Source: Takakia lepidozioides
Lineage: Eukaryota > Plantae > Bryophyta
Length of the DNA: 64,000 nt
Direction: 5' to 3'
Assembly (NCBI GenBank): GCA_030704615.1
Contig: CM060731.1
Coordinates: forward strand, 57,164,001 to 57,228,000
In this document: positions 58,231 to 64,000 of the stretch, piece after piece
Numbering within the stretch: the first letter of the stretch is position 1
How the letters are laid out: each line of letters opens with the position of its first letter
Notes under the pieces: model-generated
What the model saw: the letters and a program-made list of their open reading frames with translations, nothing else
Told to the model about the DNA's origin: nothing
The model's database searches: none
Position numbers and translations under genes: made by a program

Positions 58231-60471
58231 TCACCAATAGCCCCCACAAGAACAAACCCCATCTTCAAAGTGGTGGAAACGGTTGGCATCCCGTACAATA
58301 ATTATTCGCCCAACAATCTTAGAAATGAAGTTAGTGGCGGTGTGGCAGTCACCACACACTCGAAGGTTCTTGATGACGCGGATTGATGTCCCAGGGGGCG
58401 TGCTGATGAGCCCAAACGCAATGGCTAGCTTCTCACTGTGCTGGCAAAGAGAGGATTCTTTTTGCTCCTCCTCCACATCATGCAATACAAAGCTTGTGTC
58501 AGGCACATACCCTGCCTCCTTAATCTGCCCAGATAATCTCTTAAGCTCGGCATGGATTTCCTCAATTTCTGGATGTGACTTATCTTCCGTAACAAATGCA
58601 TGCACCTGATTGCCGACCTCAATGCAGCTGCGGCCTGGCTCCTTTCTCACACCTCTGTTCTCCATCATTTTTCTCACCTTTTCTTTATCGTCCCACCTAC
58701 CAGCTGCCGCGTAGATGTTCGATAGCAGCACATAGGTTCCAGGATGCTGTGGATCCAGCTCCAGAAGGCATTTTGCAGCCCGTTCTGCTACCTCCACCTC
58801 GCCATGAATTCTGCAAGAACCAAGCAAAGCCCCCCACACCGAAGCATCTGGTTTGATTGGCATTTTGTTAATGAAGTCCTCTGCCTTGTCAAATTTCCCT
58901 GCACGGCCAAGAAGGTCTACCATGCAGCCAAAATGTTCCATTGTAGGCATGAGATCATGTTCTTCAATGGAATCAAAGCAGCGACAGCCTTCATCTACTA
59001 GGCCCGCATGGCTGCATGCAGACAGGATGGAAACGAAAGTGATGCTGTCTGGCTTAAAGCCTTCCTGTTGCATTTGCCCAAACAGTAGCAGGGCCTCACT
59101 ACCAAGTCCATGCTGAGCGCATCCTGCAATCATCACATTCCATGAGACCCCATCTCGTTTAGCCATTTTGCGGAACACTTGACGTGCTTCTCTTACACCC
59201 CCACATTTTGCATAGGTGTCAACAAGGGCATTTTCCAAATTAATATATGATGCAATTCGAGCTTTGATAATGTCAGCATGGATCCACTTGGCCCTTTCCA
59301 GGGCTCCTAGGCTGGCACACGCATTGAGCACACTGATGAATGTAACCTTGTCAGGCATCACTCGGTCCCTTTGCATTTGCTCATAGATTTTGAAGGCCTC
59401 TTCACCATGACCACACTGAGCATATCCTGCGACCATTGCACTCCATGACACCACATCATGATTACCCATTTTGTCAAACACTTCACGTGCCTCTTTCACA
59501 CTCCCACATTTAGCATACATATGGAGTAGGGTGGTCTCCAAATTAATATATGACACAATTCCAGCTTCATTGATGTCAGCATGGATCTGCTTCCCTTTTT
59601 CCAGTGCTCCTAAGCTAGCACAGGCATCGAGAATGGTAATATACGTGACTCTGTCAGGCACCACCCCTTCCTGTTGCATTTGCTCATAGATTTTGAGAGC
59701 CTCTTCGCCATGTCCAAGCTGAGCATACCCTGTGATCATGGCACTCCATGAGACCACATCGTGCTTAGACATTCTGTCAAACACTTCACGCGCATCCTTC
59801 ACACTCCCACAACTGGCATACATGTGGAGAAGAGCGGTGTCCAGAATATTGTCTGACTGAATTCCAGTTTTGATGATATCAGCATGGATTCCCCTGCCAC
59901 TTTCCAGGGCTCCTTGGCTGACACATGCATTAAGGACGGTAGTGTATGTGACCCTGTCAGGTGCCACCCCTTCCTCTTGCATTCGGGCATACATTTTGAG
60001 AGCCTCCTCAGCATACCCATGTTTGGCATATCCTGTCATGATTATAGTCCACGTGAATATATTCCGTTTAGGCATTTTGTCAAAAACATGCTGTGCATCC
60101 ATCATGCTCCCACACTTGGCATACAGGTTGAGAAGGGTATTAGCTACAAATATGCTGGGCTTGAAGTCACTTCGTATGATATGGGCATGCACCCGCTTTC
60201 CCTCTGCCAGGGCTTTCATTCTGATGCAACCCTGCAAGAGACAGACATAAGTCTTGGAGTCTGCCTGAACACCCTGTTTGTCCAAAATATGCAGCGCCGC
60301 TTTCAGTCTGCCTTCCTTAGACAGTATCATCAGGTCCCTACAGGTGCCAGATGAGATCTGGTTGACACCCTCTCTTAGTCCCTTTCTCAAATTGGTGGTG
60401 ATGGTGGACGTGCTGAGCCAGTCACCACTCTGATTTCCAACAAACATTTTGCCTTTGTTGCACCCTGCCAT
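58231..60471 (-). CDS. PLS-E1-E2-DYW PPR protein, organellar C-to-U editing factor
   Basis: 14 PLS motifs, E1/E2, PG box PGRSCIEV, HSEKLA, KNLRVCGDCH, ending CSCGGYW. May have an upstream exon (about 60637-60762) spliced to 60472. Confidence 0.95.
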   Translation of the reverse strand: MAGCNKGKMFVGNQSGDWLSTSTITTNLRKGLREGVNQISSGTCRDLMILSKEGRLKAALHILDKQGVQADSKTYVCLLQGCIRMKALAEGKRVHAHIIRSDFKPSIFVANTLLNLYAKCGSMMDAQHVFDKMPKRNIFTWTIIMTGYAKHGYAEEALKMYARMQEEGVAPDRVTYTTVLNACVSQGALESGRGIHADIIKTGIQSDNILDTALLHMYASCGSVKDAREVFDRMSKHDVVSWSAMITGYAQLGHGEEALKIYEQMQQEGVVPDRVTYITILDACASLGALEKGKQIHADINEAGIVSYINLETTLLHMYAKCGSVKEAREVFDKMGNHDVVSWSAMVAGYAQCGHGEEAFKIYEQMQRDRVMPDKVTFISVLNACASLGALERAKWIHADIIKARIASYINLENALVDTYAKCGGVREARQVFRKMAKRDGVSWNVMIAGCAQHGLGSEALLLFGQMQQEGFKPDSITFVSILSACSHAGLVDEGCRCFDSIEEHDLMPTMEHFGCMVDLLGRAGKFDKAEDFINKMPIKPDASVWGALLGSCRIHGEVEVAERAAKCLLELDPQHPGTYVLLSNIYAAAGRWDDKEKVRKMMENRGVRKEPGRSCIEVGNQVHAFVTEDKSHPEIEEIHAELKRLSGQIKEAGYVPDTSFVLHDVEEEQKESSLCQHSEKLAIAFGLISTPPGTSIRVIKNLRVCGDCHTATNFISKIVGRIIIVRDANRFHHFEDGVCSCGGYW

Positions 60472-61257
60472 CCTGCGTGAATCCTAGTCAAAAACCTTGG
60501 TACATAATGGAGACAGACTTTTCACTGAGATTAACAGGATTAGAACACCACTGCAGTCATCTACTTCAAAAGTAAACTCTTGGCAATTCAACCTTCTCCA
60601 AAGTGAAATCTTTGAGTCATCCTCCATAAAAGTATACCTGATACAGTCTAGGGTTGGGGGTCCACGCTGCCCGTGACAATCAGGAGCATGACCAGATTCT
60701 GCTTGACATTGTGTGGCTGTATCCTGTGCTTTCACCACCGAAGGATTCAAAAGATTCTCCATCGACTGGGCATGTAAAATTTTCTGTAGTGCCAACAGTG
60801 TGTAGCATAGTTTCACACAAGTCTAGACCTTAGACTAGACTGCAACCACAAAAACGTCCAAGCATCGGTACAACTTGAACAGGCAACTTTCCAGCCCAGC
60901 CTGAAACAGAGAACAACCCCCGGATAAAAGCAATAAGAACTATTTTGCACTTGTTTGAGAGAAATGGGAAACATTGTAAATTATTATTGATCGACGGAAG
61001 CCATTATCCAGTCCAAGAAAAATAATCATGCCACCTAGAGTGAACATCCGCTCGACGTATATTTTACATGTCCAGAGTGAAGATATCCTCACCTTCACAG
61101 ACCTGTTGTCCCACAACTGTGAAGGAGATAAGGAGAAGTCCTGCCAGGGCCATTCTATGCTCTTTACTTCATCTGCAGGCAAGTAACTTACCCATAAGAA
61201 TTTTGAATTTATGTCACACAGAAATTCTAGTGTCCTCTAGTGTCCTCTCTCTCTCTT

Positions 61258-61730
61258 ATTGGGCAAACCACACACGGCAGATTGATGCTTGTGTGAAGGG
61301 ATTTCTAGAGGATATCTGGAAAACCCGGATCAATGTTTTATACCAAGGTAAGTCTTACTACCAACGTCAGCCCCTGACAGAGGTAGGTTCTGTCCCTTTG
61401 TGTTCCGGTCAAACTGGGCTCGGGGTCAATGGCCACAAGGCTACAGCAAACAACGTCTTATGAGTACATTCTCTCTCGGATGAGCCTAAAGCCCTGGCCG
61501 TGTTGGGGTCTAATTGCTGGGCAGCTCACACACAGCAGGTCGATGCTTGTGTGAAGGGCTTTTGATACTGGAAACCCGAGCTAATTGTCTTTATCATGGT
61601 AAGTCCCGCTACCGGAGTGAGCCCCTCACAAAGGTAGTGTCTGTTCCCTTTTGTTTTGCCCAAACTGAGTGCGGGATCTATAGCCAAAAGGCTACTGTAA
61701 ACAATGTCTTATGAGTACATTCTCTCTCTT
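61258..61730 (+). mobile_element. Two tandem short 3' copies of the LINE seen at 20670
   Basis: 61258-61476 is near-identical to 21248-21465 (WANHTRQIDACVKGFLEDIWKTRIN...ATANNVL). A more diverged copy lies at 61485-61730. Both end in gagtacattctctctc. Confidence 0.85.
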
Positions 61731-62419
61731 TCACCCAGCCCCCAATGAATGTTCTGCTGTACTTTCTTTTTCTCCCTCTGTAAATAGAGATTGACCGAAA
61801 TATACCCCCAGTTCCAGGTGCTGCAGAAACTTCTGATGGAGCAGATGCAGTAGGTCTGAGGTAGGTCAAGGGCAGTTTTACGCCTGTGCCACTCCCACCT
61901 AGGGCGCAGTAGCGCACAGATCTCTCTCCAGAGATTGTTGTGGTGCTTGCAAATGTTTGTACATCATGACCTGGTGGCTGACAGCCCCGCAGTACATAGG
62001 TCAGCATTGTTCTGTCTGTGCATGCCAATTGCCCTTAATTTCTCGAAAAAGCATGCAGGAAGGGGCCCAGGATACAAGCTTGCCCTGCGAACATATAAGG
62101 CACGAGCCCCAAGGCACAGCAAGATTTGATTGCAGCTGCACTTGCACTTGCACTTGCAGACAGGATCATGCAAGGTTTCAGTGCTTCCCTCGGTGTGAAA
62201 ATTAGCAGATAGTCTTCTGCCAGTCTGTTTCCTCCCTGGAAAATGGTCTATGAACCTTGCGTTTGAATTCATTGATGCCATATCACCACAGGTAGGGGGC
62301 CCCAGTCATTGCCTAGGTTGGTGTGTGAAAAAAAAATAACAGCTTCAAAGTACGGCCAAAGGCAGAGAAGATTCGCTATGGGAAATTGAAAGGCCCTGTC
62401 GCAGCTGCAGGTGGCATCT

Positions 62420-63173
62420 CTATTGTTGCTGAGCAGGGGAGGCAGACTTGGAAGCAGCCTTGGCAGACTTGCTCGCCCAAAGCTTCTCCTTAAATTGCTT
62501 GCTTGTCTCAAAATTTGCTTTCCTCTTCTCTGCTTTCTGCCAAACATAGACACAAATTGAATTGAATTGAACACTATTCTCTCTGTCTCCCCCTCTCATG
62601 CATGGGCATTATTTCTCATTATTGATTGAGAGAAGTAGTCGGAAGGCTCCTTACCTCTTCACGAAAACATCGGTCAAGTTTTATCTTTAAATCGTTGCAT
62701 GCGCCAAGGAACTTTTGAACAGGATGATCTTCATGACATTTCTTGAAGTCCAAAATAATCTGCAAGCATCCAACATGGACCCTCAATGAAAGCAGACAAA
62801 GATAATTTAAATCATACGTATACGAAGCCGTGAACACAGCAAAGAGAAATGTCAACTGAAGAGCCTCGCTCCCGATACAATAGCACTTCAAGCTATGAAG
62901 TGGACGTGGGGCAACCAGACAATGGCAGCCTCGATGGCGTGGCTCAAATTTCAATGCCTTTCATCCTTTCAGCTTCCTTTCTGTTCGCGTGGGAAATCCA
63001 GGCCCGGCCAGACTATAGTACCCAAACCCCTGGAATTCTAGTGCCATGGCCAATGCAGTGCCAACAGATCAACCATGACCCACAACCACGAACAATGCTG
63101 GACTTATCATAGACTAAAGGCAGGTCACCTGAGCACAAGAAGGATGCTTGTGCAGTGTTAGCGGCGGATGCAT
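62420..63173 (-). CDS. CMC2: CMC2-like twin-Cx9C cytochrome c oxidase assembly protein, 3 exons
   Basis: MHPPLTLHKHPSCAQ (63129-63173) / IILDFKKCHEDHPVQKFLGACNDLKIKLDRCFREE (62655-62759) / KAEKRKANFETSKQFKEKL...* (62420-62536). Confidence 0.9.
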
Positions 63174-63652
63174 ATTGCCCTCTGCGATCTGCGATGCTCC
63201 TCGAAGCTCTTTACCAACCTTTATGAGAGGAGAGAGACGACCCAAACAGCATCGTGAACGATAAACGAACGCAGATTCTCTCTGTCGTCCTATCGTCCAT
63301 ATGGACGAACGGCAAGCAGGATGGCGGCGGAAAGCTGCCAGTCGATGTCGACGCAACTGCATCTTTTAACGAACGCAGATTCTCTGTCATATGAACGAAC
63401 GACAAAACAGGACGGTGCCGACGGAAATTTGCCCGTACGATACCGCCGACCTGCAACTTTCCGCCGTCAGTCCTTTGCTCCCTCTCCAAGTCTTCGTCTT
63501 CGTGTGGATTGATGAGTTCGGATTCTTGCCTCCAAGGTCTGCATCTCTCGAGTTGCAGTTGACACCCGCAGGTTAAGGAAGAAGAAAGAGCTTGAACAAG
63601 GGCAGAGGAGGAGGTTGGACTCTACAACTGTGCTGGGTGTTTTTTGGATCAT

Positions 63653-63910
63653 ATGTTTCCAGATTTCTCAGCCGTGTCCCTTTTCTCCAGGTCCCCTGCT
63701 CCGGGGGAGGAAACCTTAGACCCTGCCTCCATGTTCCCCTCTGCATCCTCTTCCTCTTCCTCTCCTCTTCCCCCTTCGACTTCCACCCCGCAGACAGAGA
63801 AACCGAGGAATGATGCTCCCCGGACATCGGCTGTTGGATTCGATCCCGAGGCCTTGGAGAGGGGCGCCAAGGCGTTGCGCGAGATTAGCTCTTCCTCGAA
63901 TGCGAAGAAG
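63653..63910 (+). CDS. ATAD3: ATAD3 AAA-ATPase, first coding exon (continues beyond window)
   Basis: PRNDAPRTSAVGFDPEALERGAKALREISSSSNAKK followed by donor gtttgt. Start codon uncertain. Confidence 0.85.
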
Positions 63911-64000
63911 GTTTGTGGGTCTACCGCCTGGATTGTAGCTAGACATTGAACTCAAAATTGAAGTCTGTAATTTTCTTTGGGACTGAAAACTGCCGGGCCT

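Noticed and set aside
58283-60354. Plus-strand ORFs overlapping the DYW gene (similar cases over gag, RT and NPGR exons)
   Set aside because: Antisense or alternative-frame shadows of real coding sequence.
60484-60816. ORF in frame with the DYW gene, separated by one TAG (readthrough or stop-codon editing?)
   Set aside because: A donor (atcag/gtatac, about 60637) and acceptor (cacgcag/G, 60472) skip the stop in frame, so ordinary splicing explains it.

Overview
Eukaryotic nuclear DNA from a land plant, probably non-seed and bryophyte-like (spliceosomal introns, PLS-PPR genes with a Physcomitrium-style pre-PPR helix; species not determinable here). Intact-looking genes: VTE7-like alpha/beta hydrolase (-), NPG1/NPGR-like TPR protein (+), tRNA-Arg(UCU), ASR/ABA-WDS protein, NDC1, a 354-aa orphan ORF, a full PLS-E-DYW editing factor, CMC2-like protein and the first exon of ATAD3. 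Two accessory blocks (about 1-19 kb and 43-52 kb) mix transposons with decayed, mostly intron-retaining host-gene fragments (PIG-G, importin-beta, ABCG, TatC, Elongin C, RopGAP). Best leads: (1) a spliced, prokaryote-type beta-class DNA N4C/N6A methyltransferase pseudogene beside a WRKY/GCM-like putative transposase and a third divergent ORF, possibly one methyltransferase-carrying DNA transposon; (2) a decayed gene fusing tandem OSB-type PDF ssDNA-binding motifs to a PLS-PPR-E array; (3) an LTR-less Ty3 fragment with twin-priming geometry; (4) a DYW factor whose PPR code fits the rbcL RGGLDF site. All family calls rest on manual translation and recalled motifs, not database searches.
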